Shown: positions 9,242-18,210 of the stretch, piece by piece
Numbering within the stretch: the stretch's first letter is position 1
How the letters are laid out: every line of letters begins with the position of its first letter
Source of the DNA: a virus
Strand: one strand, 5' to 3'
IMG/VR virus record: IMGVR_UViG_3300020159_001521
Span: 32,001-96,000 of that record
Length of the DNA: 64,000 bases
Position numbers and translations under genes: made by a program
The notes under the pieces: generated by a model
Told to the model about the DNA's origin: nothing
The model's database searches: none
What the model saw: only the letters and a program-made list of their open reading frames with translations

Positions 9242-9640
9242 ATGAGGATGCTGTTGATTGGGCTATTGTTTCCGTTTAAATTGGGAGCAATAGCACCAAT
9301 TAAGCCTGTTGTGTCTTGTTCTCCTAAGGAGCAATATGTTGTTACATTGACGACATATAGTGCTGTGAGGGCACAATGTGACAATTCTCCGCTTATTACA
9401 GCTTCTGGACATAGAATAAGAACTAATGACAGAATAATAGCTGTAAGCAGGGATTTGAAGCTTAGGTTTAATTGGGGAGACAGTGTTGTTATTAGTAATG
9501 CAGGACAGTTTGATGGTGTATATGCTGTTCATGATGTAATGAACAAGCGTTACACCAATCGTATTGATGTCCTTAGTGATAAAATTATTAAACTAGAAAA
9601 CATAATTATTTATGAAAAGGACTTACTATCTGTTAATTAG
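9242..9640 (+). CDS. 3D-domain protein (putative lytic transglycosylase), signal peptide
   Basis: TTYS...QCD.SPLITASG...IAVSRDL...VHDVMNKRY.NRIDVL three-Asp pattern. Confidence 0.85.
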   Translation: MRMLLIGLLFPFKLGAIAPIKPVVSCSPKEQYVVTLTTYSAVRAQCDNSPLITASGHRIRTNDRIIAVSRDLKLRFNWGDSVVISNAGQFDGVYAVHDVMNKRYTNRIDVLSDKIIKLENIIIYEKDLLSVN

Positions 9641-9794
9641 TATTTTGATGATAATTGTAACCACCATTGCAATATTTCTTGCATTTTGTCTGTTAGACGT
9701 GTCGTATGCTAATCTATTTCTTATATCTATGCTGTCATTAGCTGGATATGGCACATCATTATTATATTACGTCACCTATAAAGAAGCATTATGA
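9612..9794 (+). CDS. Small 2-TM membrane protein
   Basis: Two hydrophobic stretches. Confidence 0.65.
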   Translation: MKRTYYLLISILMIIVTTIAIFLAFCLLDVSYANLFLISMLSLAGYGTSLLYYVTYKEAL

Positions 9795-10057
9795 AAACAT
9801 ACATGGTAACTGTAAATAGAGAATATCCTATTGAGAGGAAGGTGTACAATGCTAGAAATAACTCTTTTGACATTATTTCTACAGTAAAGATGACAAAGGT
9901 GTATTTGTCAATCCTGTCTCCCAAGAAACAGGATGCAGCAATAATGTATGACAACAGACGTAAAGAGGCTATATTCTATACAGAGGATGAATTGCCTTAC
10001 GTTAAATTTTTGCTCAAGAGGTTGAGTATTGAACATAAAATTGAGGAAATAATATAG
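9791..10057 (+). CDS. Hypothetical protein
   Basis: 88 aa, ATGA overlap. Confidence 0.7.
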   Translation: MKTYMVTVNREYPIERKVYNARNNSFDIISTVKMTKVYLSILSPKKQDAAIMYDNRRKEAIFYTEDELPYVKFLLKRLSIEHKIEEII

Positions 10058-10254
10058 CTTTATTATACACATCTGTGTGTATAAATAGCTTATTTATGCC
10101 TAATTTTGTGCCTTACACTAACCTATGAGACATTTAAAATCCGTACTACTGACGCTTTGCCTATCATTAACCATAATTGCTCTGTTGTTCCAACTAACAT
10201 TAGTTATATTGGATGTAACAGGTAACCACCATTTAACCAATAAAATTAAATCTT

Positions 10255-10392
10255 ATGCGTACAGTGTGCTTAACTCCAAGTGAGTTCGTTAGTTTTAAGC
10301 AATTAGCCTGTTTTTGGTTCGATATGTATGTGAAACATGGATTTGTCCATGTTACAGCACATGCTGATGATCTTGACACATTAGGCTATTAA
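10255..10392 (+). CDS. Small hypothetical protein (45 aa)
   Basis: MRTVCLTPSEF...LDTLGY*, followed by hairpin. Confidence 0.55.
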   Translation: MRTVCLTPSEFVSFKQLACFWFDMYVKHGFVHVTAHADDLDTLGY

Positions 10393-10415
10393 AATAGGTG
10401 TTTTATCAAGGGTGA

Positions 10416-10450
10416 AGCTCTGGTGTGTCTACACTGGAGCTCTTTTTTTT
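10416..10450 (+). terminator. Terminator-like hairpin, GUCU tetraloop
   Basis: AGCTCTGGTGT-GTCT-ACACTGGAGCT plus T-tract. Confidence 0.85.
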
Positions 10451-10478
10451 ATTTTAAACCATTATAAACCAAACCATT

Positions 10479-10937
10479 ATGTACATAGAAGCCAAACTCG
10501 TATTTCAACATTATGTTCCTTATGAATATAATGATTTATTGTTTCTCTCTGTAAATAGCATGGGAGAACCATTTATATATTTAATTGACAATCTCACAAA
10601 TCCAGAGGAGTATATGGAGCTCAATGGATTTCCTGTTAAACCATTCATTATTCAGGAGGGAAATCCAAACATTCCTGACAGTGAGATTATTCTTGCTGAC
10701 CCTCAAGAAATAGGCTGGATGGATGATGGTGAGGATGCTTTGTCTCTTAGGGACATAGATTTAAAAGACTTTAACACTATTATTCAGAATTACAATGGCT
10801 ATTGCCTAATAGACGTTGAAGAAGATGATAATGGACATGAATATGTATCATTATATGCAGGACAAGCTACAATAGCTTTGTATGATGCATATGATGAGGA
10901 AGAACCCTTTAACAATGAAAACGATGAAGAAGATTAA
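10479..10937 (+). CDS. Acidic hypothetical protein
   Basis: 152 aa, very D/E-rich. Confidence 0.8.
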   Translation: MYIEAKLVFQHYVPYEYNDLLFLSVNSMGEPFIYLIDNLTNPEEYMELNGFPVKPFIIQEGNPNIPDSEIILADPQEIGWMDDGEDALSLRDIDLKDFNTIIQNYNGYCLIDVEEDDNGHEYVSLYAGQATIALYDAYDEEEPFNNENDEED

Positions 10938-11097
10938 AAAATACCTTTTAACAACATTAAGAATGACAACAGTGGATGCTGTTGACACCTTTAAACCAGG
11001 TGTGCGTACATTAAAAGCCTCAAAAAAGCCATCATTTAACAAATGGTGTGCTGAATTCAATGTGTCCTCTAGATGGACAAAAACTAATTACGGCTAG
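10915..11097 (+). CDS. Small basic hypothetical protein
   Basis: Ends PSFNKWCAEFNVSSRW... Confidence 0.6.
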   Translation: MKTMKKIKKYLLTTLRMTTVDAVDTFKPGVRTLKASKKPSFNKWCAEFNVSSRWTKTNYG

Positions 11098-11124
11098 TAA
11101 TGTTTGGTTTTAATGGTGATTGTT

Positions 11125-11156
11125 AGCCCTCAGAGTGGTTTCTGGGGGCTTTTTTT
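11125..11156 (+). terminator. Rho-independent terminator
   Basis: AGCCCTCAGA...TCTGGGGGCT plus T-tract. Confidence 0.8.
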
Positions 11157-11175
11157 ATTAATTAAACTAAATTGT

Positions 11176-11601
11176 ATGCCAACGATAGATATACCAGATA
11201 AAATATGCTCACATTGTGGTGGTACTAAATGGAAAACTGAGTATAGAAAATCAGCCAAAGACCCAGAAATAAAAACTCTTGTATACAGATGTTCTAAAAA
11301 AGGAGATGAGAGAAATTACAAATGGAAACACAATAATCCTGAAAAAGCTAGAGAACATAATATCAAAAGCTGTAGAAATCGTAGAGCTAATGGATATTAT
11401 AAGTCTGAAAAAGAAAGAGAACGTAATAGACAGAGAGGAAAAACAGAATCTTCTGAACTTTCTGATAATTATGTCTACAGAATGATTTTTAACGCTCCAG
11501 ATACAAAAGAGCTAACTCGTTCAGATATACCACAAAAGCTTATTGATATTAAACGTAAACAATTATTATTAACTAGACAATTAAAACAATTACAAAAATG
11601 A
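11176..11601 (+). CDS. Basic protein with N-terminal CxxC motif
   Basis: MPTIDIPDKICSHCGG; C-terminal LSDNYV...IPQKLIDIKRKQL. Confidence 0.75.
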   Translation: MPTIDIPDKICSHCGGTKWKTEYRKSAKDPEIKTLVYRCSKKGDERNYKWKHNNPEKAREHNIKSCRNRRANGYYKSEKERERNRQRGKTESSELSDNYVYRMIFNAPDTKELTRSDIPQKLIDIKRKQLLLTRQLKQLQK

Positions 11602-11807
11602 GAAAGAAACAATTAACAAAGACAGAAGTAGAACTTACACAAATTCAAGAACTTCAGCACATTGAGAAAGCAGGTTTTAAAATGGGAGTCAACACTGAAA
11701 AGAGTTTTGATGAAACACAAAATTTATCTGCCTTAAAAGCATCTGTATCAGCATATAGATTATGCATGCAAGCAATTAGAGATCAAATGAGACACAAAGT
11801 TAGTTAA
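11598..11807 (+). CDS. Hypothetical protein
   Basis: 69 aa helical, ATGA overlap. Confidence 0.7.
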   Translation: MRKKQLTKTEVELTQIQELQHIEKAGFKMGVNTEKSFDETQNLSALKASVSAYRLCMQAIRDQMRHKVS

Positions 11808-11867
11808 CAACAATTTAAAACAGCTTAGAACACAGAAATCAATTTAAAAACACAGAAATCAAACATT

Positions 11868-12635
11868 ATGAAAAAGAACGAGCTTTACAAGAACACACTT
11901 AAGCAAATCAAATGGTTAGGGGACAATGCTAAGAGCACATTTAACTATCTAGCAGGAATCAATCGTCCAATTTATCCAGCACAGGTAACTAAGCTAGCGC
12001 AATCAATCAACAAAATGGGCGTAGTTAGACCTATTATTATTGCTGAGTTTGACTTTATATCTGGAAAAAAGACAAAGTACATCATTGATGGTCAACACTT
12101 GTTTAATGCTTTAATTAGGAATGGTATGGATATTCCATATGTCACAATTTCAATTAAAGATAAACACGACTTGGTTGAGACTATTGCTAAATTGAATGCG
12201 TCTTCTAAAAATTGGGCTCTTGTTGACTATATTATGGCATGGGGTTCATTGATTCCTGATTACGTAAAACTCAATCATTATTTTCAAGTTTACGATTTTG
12301 ACATGGGTCTTTTGTGTGCTGTTCTTAATGATAATAGTACAGATGGTGGTAATATTATCACAAAAATAAAGAATGGTACATTCAGAATCATTAATGAAGA
12401 AGAAAATGTTAAAATTCTTAATTATTTGACAGATGTTCTTAAAATGGTTCCAAGAATGAACAGGATGGAAAATAGGTATTTGTGTAGAGAGTATGTAAAG
12501 TTCTGCATAAAAAACTGTTCTAAGTACAATCATGATAAATTCATGAAAAATCTTGAAAAGAACAAGGAGACGTTTGTTTTAGCTACTCAAGAGGAAGGTA
12601 AACTTAAAGAGCTTTTCTCTAAATACATGAAATAA
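11868..12635 (+). CDS. ParB N-terminal-like domain protein
   Basis: NRPI...V.KLAQSI.K.G..RPII...YIIDGQH. Confidence 0.8.
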   Translation: MKKNELYKNTLKQIKWLGDNAKSTFNYLAGINRPIYPAQVTKLAQSINKMGVVRPIIIAEFDFISGKKTKYIIDGQHLFNALIRNGMDIPYVTISIKDKHDLVETIAKLNASSKNWALVDYIMAWGSLIPDYVKLNHYFQVYDFDMGLLCAVLNDNSTDGGNIITKIKNGTFRIINEEENVKILNYLTDVLKMVPRMNRMENRYLCREYVKFCIKNCSKYNHDKFMKNLEKNKETFVLATQEEGKLKELFSKYMK

Positions 12636-12706
12636 CAATTAAATTTGGCTGGGGACAAACATTAGTCCTCAGCCATCTTAATTTAACAATCCAAAAACCA
12701 ATACAT

Positions 12707-12928
12707 ATGACCAGTACACTTATTTATTCCTCCAGACAAGTAGATAGACAACCGCTCTCTTATACAAAGGATATGAGAGACTATATACTTGCTAGTAAGC
12801 TTATCGATGCCATAATAATGGCTAGTAAAGAGAAGAAAAGACTTGTAGTGGTGGATAGAACTACGTTCACCTATATTCCATCTGATGGAAGTAGGAAAAT
12901 GATTATTAGACTAAAAAGATTCAAATGA
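12707..12928 (+). CDS. Hypothetical protein
   Basis: 73 aa after hairpin at 12646-12676. Confidence 0.7.
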   Translation: MTSTLIYSSRQVDRQPLSYTKDMRDYILASKLIDAIIMASKEKKRLVVVDRTTFTYIPSDGSRKMIIRLKRFK

Positions 12929-13032
12929 TTGCACTATTAGGCATTATGATTTGCTCGTTTATATTTTTGGCATGGAGTTTTCACACAGCTCCTATGTATG
13001 ATGAAGAAACTGGTTTGTTCTATGATAGGAAT

Positions 13033-13063
13033 AAAAAAGGCTAGCTGTAAATGGCTAGCCTTT
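13033..13063 (-). terminator. Terminator for the antisense holin-like gene (possibly bidirectional)
   Basis: Minus strand AAAGGCTAGCCA-TTTA-CAGCTAGCC-TTTTTT. Confidence 0.75.
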
Positions 13064-13083
13064 AACAATTTTAGGACAATTGC

Positions 13084-13239
13084 TTATTTCTTAGAAGCAA
13101 TAGACCAAATTGCACCAATGAGTGTGAGAACAGCACCAGAAATCTCTTGTACAAGAGAAGCCTCAGCGAGTCCAAGAGACACAATAAATCCACCACCAAA
13201 GGTGAATACGTGTCTTACGATTCCAAGAATCTTTTCCAT
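13084..13239 (-). CDS. Small 2-TM holin-like protein (51 aa, not in ORF track)
   Basis: MEKILGIVRHVFTFGGGFIVSLGLAEASLVQEISGAVLTLIGAIWSIASKK; RH..TF.GG and WS...KK pattern of small putative phage holins. Confidence 0.75.
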   Translation of the reverse strand: MEKILGIVRHVFTFGGGFIVSLGLAEASLVQEISGAVLTLIGAIWSIASKK

Positions 13240-13296
13240 ATTAGTCATTTTAAGGCTGCAATGTAACGTATTTAAACAAGAAAACCAAATATTTTT

Positions 13297-13683
13297 ATGG
13301 AATTGATATCACCATATGTCTATCCAATTTTAAAGAGAGTGTTTATAGATAGAACCAAGTATATGTATTTGAGAAAAATAAGTACATTTACAGAGGAAGA
13401 TGTCAGAGAAGCTATTTCCAGACAATTGGGTGTGACACAAGACTTCCTTGAAATAAAGAACAGAACTGCAGAATACGCAGATGCTAAGAAGATCTATTGT
13501 AAGATATGTACAGACTATTTAGGAATGAAAGCTGTTACAGTGGCAAAGCACATAAAAAGCTATGACCACACATTAGTTCTTTATGGAAAGAAGAAGTATG
13601 ACCACTTCTATTCAACAAATCAGTATTTTAGAGAAAAAGCTGACAGAGTGTTAGCATTATTAGGAATAAACCAATTAAAATGA
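13297..13683 (+). CDS. Stand-alone DnaA domain IV-like HTH protein
   Basis: KNRT.EY..AKKIYC.I...YLG....VAK.I..YDHTLVLYG.KK resembles the DnaA C-terminal DHTTV..A motif. Confidence 0.65.
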   Translation: MELISPYVYPILKRVFIDRTKYMYLRKISTFTEEDVREAISRQLGVTQDFLEIKNRTAEYADAKKIYCKICTDYLGMKAVTVAKHIKSYDHTLVLYGKKKYDHFYSTNQYFREKADRVLALLGINQLK

Positions 13684-14285
13684 AACAAATGGCTACAGAA
13701 ATCTTCATTGAACCAGAATTAGCAGAATTAGAGCAACCAGAGCAAGCCCAACAGTGGTTTGAAATTGCTTCACAACTTAATCTCACCAATCAATTAATCC
13801 ATGCAGACAGAAGTGAAGAGAAGAAAGCTCCTCCATATATGCATGTAGATGCTAAAACAAGTAGGATTATTATGGTGCTGTGTCCTGTGCAAAGAGAATA
13901 TGCACAATACAAAGCTTCCACAATTCCTTTGGATGTTCTGAAGGAGATTGCTAAATGTGAGAAGAATAAATGGTATAGTAAGATTTGTATTTGTTATGAT
14001 GATAAGTCACCAGATCCGTTTGTTCTTGGATTTACACATAACGAAAGCAAATGGCAGAGAGATATTCATTTGATTGCACGTTGGGGTGCTGAACTCATTC
14101 CTTTTGAATTGCTTGAGAAGAAGGCTATAGACAGATTGCGTAACAGGGCTACAGCAGCTCTGAAGGAGCTTGAATTCAAAGCAAAGTATGCTATTGATAA
14201 TATAGATGCTTTTATTGAAAATCAATTAGCTACATCACAGGATATTAGACTTGATTTTGCAGTTAACGAACCTTCTAAATACTAA
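13680..14285 (+). CDS. Hypothetical protein
   Basis: 201 aa; DPFVLG...LIARWGAE motif. Confidence 0.85.
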   Translation: MKQMATEIFIEPELAELEQPEQAQQWFEIASQLNLTNQLIHADRSEEKKAPPYMHVDAKTSRIIMVLCPVQREYAQYKASTIPLDVLKEIAKCEKNKWYSKICICYDDKSPDPFVLGFTHNESKWQRDIHLIARWGAELIPFELLEKKAIDRLRNRATAALKELEFKAKYAIDNIDAFIENQLATSQDIRLDFAVNEPSKY

Positions 14286-14287
14286 TA

Positions 14288-14854
14288 ATGAAAAGATTAT
14301 ATGTGCTCTTTTTGGTTACTGTCATATTCTCATCACTGTCGAATGCTCAGTCATTCGATGGTGTGAGGATTGATGGCTCGCTTAGTTCTAAAATACAACA
14401 ATATAGGGCTAAAGGCTATGTTCTCAATAAAATGATCTCCAATGGAGCAATCATGAAGGGAAAGGTGGCAGGAAACACTGTTGAGTTGTTTATACTCACT
14501 ACACCAAAAACAAAGGTGGTGTATAAAATGATTGTATATTTGCCTGTACATACAAATTGGCCAGATATTAAATCAGAATATGCTAAATTTGTAGACATGT
14601 TTACAGAGAAACATGGAGAACCAGACAGTGAATTTGATTTCTTCCGTGATCCATATTACGAAGGAGATGGATATGAAATGTCTGCTATCACTCTTGACAA
14701 GGTGGTGTGTTCAGCATTCTGGATAAATAGGAGCAATTTAACATTCAGTGTATCTATTTCCAAATACAAGCAAGTGGAAATAACATACGAGAATGACAAG
14801 AACATGGAAATAGCTAAAAGAGAGGCCTCAGAAATCAATTTACAAAGCTTTTAA
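14288..14854 (+). CDS. Secreted/periplasmic protein with Sec signal peptide
   Basis: MKRLYVLFLVTVIFSSLSNA|QSF: signal peptide followed by Gln, typical of Bacteroidota. Confidence 0.8.
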   Translation: MKRLYVLFLVTVIFSSLSNAQSFDGVRIDGSLSSKIQQYRAKGYVLNKMISNGAIMKGKVAGNTVELFILTTPKTKVVYKMIVYLPVHTNWPDIKSEYAKFVDMFTEKHGEPDSEFDFFRDPYYEGDGYEMSAITLDKVVCSAFWINRSNLTFSVSISKYKQVEITYENDKNMEIAKREASEINLQSF

Positions 14855-14889
14855 AATTTTTAGTTCTCATATATAATACATGTTATTTC

Positions 14890-14919
14890 GCCCTAGTGTT
14901 TCCACATTTGGGGCTTTTT
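14890..14919 (+). terminator. Terminator-like hairpin, UUCC tetraloop
   Basis: GCCCTAGTGT-TTCC-ACATTTGGGGC-TTTTT. Confidence 0.7.
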
Positions 14920-14921
14920 AT

Positions 14922-15365
14922 GGGGGTAACATGGTTTTGATTCAGTTATGAGTGGTAAGTAAACATGCGGAGATAAGTACTAGATCTCCTTAAACTCTGT
15001 ACAAACAATAAACGCTAAGACACAATCTCAGCGTGTTTCTGAAGGTGAAGCAATCCTTGCTTCTCTCTTCTCTGATGTAGCAGTTGCTGCATAAGGAACG
15101 GGGTAGTCATACCTGGCAACAGAAAATGACAAGTGTAAGACTATGAGACATCTTATAGTGACTTACCATCTAATGCTGAAGATGTAAATAGACAGTTTTT
15201 CCCAGTTTCGCAAAATTGGGTGGTGGATTCGACCATAACAGGTCAGCCCTACGGTGCAAATTGTCAAGTTTTTCGAACAGAAAACTTGACATTAGTACTA
15301 AGCATGTGATACGTTTTACTTATTGGCTTTAACTGAAGACGCAGGTTCGAATCCTGCTACCTCCA
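14922..15365 (+). ncRNA. ssrA: tmRNA
   Basis: 5' GGGGGUA pairs with 3' UACCUCC including G3.U; discriminator A; T-arm GCAGG-UUCGAAU-CCUGC; GCAUG helix elements; tag ORF 15014-15094 after AAUAAAC ending VAA*. Confidence 0.95.
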
Positions 15366-15403
15366 CTCAGATGTGTGCTTAATCTGGAATAAGAAGACAA
15401 TCC

Positions 15404-15434
15404 CCCCGATGTTTCTACATTGGGGTCTTTTTTT
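15404..15434 (+). terminator. Terminator-like hairpin, UUCU tetraloop
   Basis: CCCCGATGT-TTCT-ACATTGGGG plus T-tract. Confidence 0.8.
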
Positions 15435-15457
15435 ATCATCACTAAACAAACCAAAAC

Positions 15458-15604
15458 ATGAAACAGCTATTGAAAAAACTTACATGCAAACTATTTGGAC
15501 ACAAATGGACATTTTCTTATTTTTACGGACTAAGAGCAAATGCTAAATGCAGCAGATGTAATGTTAGAAAAGATGATTATTTACACAATTTTATAAACTT
15601 ATGA
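15458..15604 (+). CDS. DUF1660-like small Zn-binding protein (48 aa)
   Basis: CKLFGHKW...KCSRC. Confidence 0.7.
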   Translation: MKQLLKKLTCKLFGHKWTFSYFYGLRANAKCSRCNVRKDDYLHNFINL

Positions 15605-16017
15605 CAACAGAACAACTAATACATAAGTATCCAAAGATTTTTCAGCAATATGAAGGTAATCCAGGTATGGTGAACTGGTATGGTGTTCCTAAAGGATGGT
15701 TAGATATTATTGACAAACTTTGTGGAGCTATACAGGAATATGTAAATAGCACCACTAGATACACTAAAGATGGTCCTATAAAACCCATTCAACCTACACT
15801 TACACAAATGAAAGAGAAGTTTGGTGGTCTCAGGTTTTATATGGACAATAGTGATGATTATATAGAAGGAATGATTAGAATGGCAGAATATATGTGTGAC
15901 AACACTTGTCAAGACTGTGGATCAGAAGAACACATTGGACTAACAACAGGTTGGATTAGTGTCCTTTGTAGAAATTGTGCTATAGAAAGAGACAATTGGA
16001 AACCTAAAACTAAATAA
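15601..16017 (+). CDS. Conserved phage protein (KEKFGGLRFY family) with Zn ribbon
   Basis: GW..II...QMKEKFGGLRFY...TCQDCG...GWI.VLC..C. Confidence 0.85.
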   Translation: MTTEQLIHKYPKIFQQYEGNPGMVNWYGVPKGWLDIIDKLCGAIQEYVNSTTRYTKDGPIKPIQPTLTQMKEKFGGLRFYMDNSDDYIEGMIRMAEYMCDNTCQDCGSEEHIGLTTGWISVLCRNCAIERDNWKPKTK

Positions 16018-16019
16018 CT

Positions 16020-16268
16020 ATGGAACAAAACGACCATCCTCCATATGGAGTGTTTAAAACAAATGTGACAGCTGTAGATTGGATTATAAAAGAAGCTGCT
16101 AAAATAGGAAAACTAGTTCCTGTAATATTCTATAAGAAAGCTAAAAGCTTACAAAAACAGCAACATTACGATACTTGGCATGACAGTAGGCTTTATCAGA
16201 AAGGAGAAGACTACATTGGGAAAGAGAAAACATTTGAAGAATATTACAACGAAACTTATAATCAATGA
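16020..16268 (+). CDS. Hypothetical protein
   Basis: TAVDW...FEEYYNETY, common in Bacteroidota phages. Confidence 0.75.
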   Translation: MEQNDHPPYGVFKTNVTAVDWIIKEAAKIGKLVPVIFYKKAKSLQKQQHYDTWHDSRLYQKGEDYIGKEKTFEEYYNETYNQ

Positions 16269-16591
16269 GTGGAGGAAGATTTTCATACGACCAATACAAG
16301 ATAGGCTACATAGCTGATGCTATAGAGGATGAGATAGAGAAGAATGGTAGACCTAAGACTAGACAAGAGATTAAAGAAGAGACATGGCATAATGATGAAT
16401 GGTATCATAAGTATCCTGAAGACTTAAACCATTACAAGTATTCTGACGAGGTTATAGAGAAGTTTAAAGAGGGCGTTGAGCTTCTAAGGAAGGCACAGAT
16501 ATACGCCCACAGAATAGACTACCTATTGTCTTCAGACGATGGAGAGGAATCATTTCTTAGAAGATTAGAAGAAGATTTAAAAAAGCTATGA
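16265..16591 (+). CDS. Conserved phage protein
   Basis: MSGG.F.Y...RIDYLLS.DDGEESF. Confidence 0.85.
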   Translation: MSGGRFSYDQYKIGYIADAIEDEIEKNGRPKTRQEIKEETWHNDEWYHKYPEDLNHYKYSDEVIEKFKEGVELLRKAQIYAHRIDYLLSSDDGEESFLRRLEEDLKKL

Positions 16592-16896
16592 CAATATCAA
16601 AGAACATAACCAAGCTCAGAGAGGAGCATGGTATGACTAAACAGGAGTTCTGTGACTTAGTAGGCATCAATAGACGAACACTCGAACGTTGGGAGAAGGG
16701 AGATAGGAATCCTGACTTACGCAGTGTAAGAGCTATAATTGATAAGTTCTACATCACTGACGTGTACACGTTTCTCTTTGGTAAGAGATATGAGAAAGGT
16801 GCTAGACTAACAGATGTTAAGCCTGTAAAGCAAAAGGTTGCTAAAAAGGCTCCAACAGTGCATAAAACAATTCCTAAATTAATGTACATACCATGA
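16588..16896 (+). CDS. XRE-family HTH transcriptional regulator
   Basis: LREEHGMTKQEFCDLVGINRRTLERWEKG.RNP. Confidence 0.9.
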   Translation: MTISKNITKLREEHGMTKQEFCDLVGINRRTLERWEKGDRNPDLRSVRAIIDKFYITDVYTFLFGKRYEKGARLTDVKPVKQKVAKKAPTVHKTIPKLMYIP

Positions 16897-17255
16897 ACAG
16901 AGAATTAATCCTTAAGAAGTATCTAGAACGCATAGACAGGATAGCAGAAGATATTCCAGAGAAGACACATTTCACTCCTAAAGAGATAGTGAATATTATT
17001 GTCACCATCATTGAGCATGATTTTATGCCTATACACAAATATAATGGTGGTGTAGGTGCAACATTGTGTCATACATGTAGGAAAATCATCACTGTAGGAC
17101 TTACACAAGACATGTATTGTGATGACCATCTCCCTGTTCAAGAAGAGGAGGATGAAGAAGAAGAGGATTATAGAGTTTGTCCTTCTTGTGGAGGTAGTGG
17201 TGAAGGTCCAGCTGATGGCACTACGTGTTGGAGATGTAAAGGATCTGGCGAATAA
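16893..17255 (+). CDS. Protein with C-terminal DnaJ-type zinc finger
   Basis: CPSCGGSG...CWRCKGSG; also HKYNGG.GATLC..C. Confidence 0.75.
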   Translation: MNRELILKKYLERIDRIAEDIPEKTHFTPKEIVNIIVTIIEHDFMPIHKYNGGVGATLCHTCRKIITVGLTQDMYCDDHLPVQEEEDEEEEDYRVCPSCGGSGEGPADGTTCWRCKGSGE

Positions 17256-17343
17256 ATAATTTATTATGATGTATTTTATTATTATCTTGCTTCTCTTTGC
17301 GATAAATGAAAATGTAAGAAGGTCTTCTAAATAATCAAAATAT

Positions 17344-17508
17344 ATGAGAAGAATAGAACTGTTTAAAGAAGAGAACAATTTATATATTCTTCCTTCTATA
17401 AAGCTTTATTTTGACAAATACATTCATAATGGCAAATACAGATTTGTCTATCTTGAGTTTGCTTGGTTGAAATATGCAATAGGTGTAAGAATAATTGACA
17501 ACCCATGA
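17344..17508 (+). CDS. Small hypothetical protein (54 aa)
   Basis: MRRIELFKEENNLYILPSIKL... Confidence 0.6.
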   Translation: MRRIELFKEENNLYILPSIKLYFDKYIHNGKYRFVYLEFAWLKYAIGVRIIDNP

Positions 17509-17555
17509 ATATACTTATTTATGACAAAATAGATTTGATAGTCTCAAATGTATAA
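17505..17555 (+). pseudogene. Orphaned N-terminus of the DNA polymerase (MNILIYD...)
   Basis: 16-codon ORF whose ILIYD parallels VICYD preceding the ExoI DIE motif of the downstream PolB. Confidence 0.5.
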
Positions 17556-17580
17556 CATATCTTTGTCTCAAATATGTAAT

Positions 17581-18210
17581 ATGAAAAGAGTTAACAATTT
17601 TAACGATAACTATTTTGAGACAATAGATACAGAAGATAAAGCCTATTTTCTAGGTTTATTATTTGCAGATGGAAATATTTATGTAAAACGTAATAGAGTT
17701 CAAATAACTTTGGCAAATGAGGATGCTTATATACTTCAAACTTTTGCTAATTGTATAGGATATAAAGGTAAGATGTATATTGATCGAGAAAAGTATAGCA
17801 AGTTAATATTACCAAGTAAAAAGATGTGTGAAGATTTAACTAACTTAGGATGTACACCTAATAAATCTTTAACTTTACAGTTCCCAACAGAGGTTCCAGA
17901 AGAGCTAATGCATCATTTCATTAGAGGATGTTTTGATGGTGATGGTCATATTAGTAAAGATAAAAAACTAGTAAATCCATATTACCATATAAACATTACT
18001 TCTAGCGAAGATTTTATAAAATCATTAAGAGATAAGTTAATAGAGAATGGAATCGTTCCTGCTGGAACATATAAAAGATATAAGTACAAAGAAGTTAGTG
18101 CACATACAATGATGGTAAAAAGTAAATCTGCAAAAGTTTTTCTAGATTATCTATACAAAGATGCCACTATCTTTTTAACACGAAAACATAAACTGCATGG
18201 AGAAATGTGA
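17581..18210 (+). mobile_element. Free-standing LAGLIDADG homing endonuclease
   Basis: AYFLGLLFADG and HFIRGCFDGDG motifs; AT-rich; own TATCTTTG box at 17558-17565. Confidence 0.92.

Noticed and set aside
12998-13306. 102 aa plus-strand ORF in the track
   Set aside because: It is the shadow of the antisense holin-like gene and runs through a terminator
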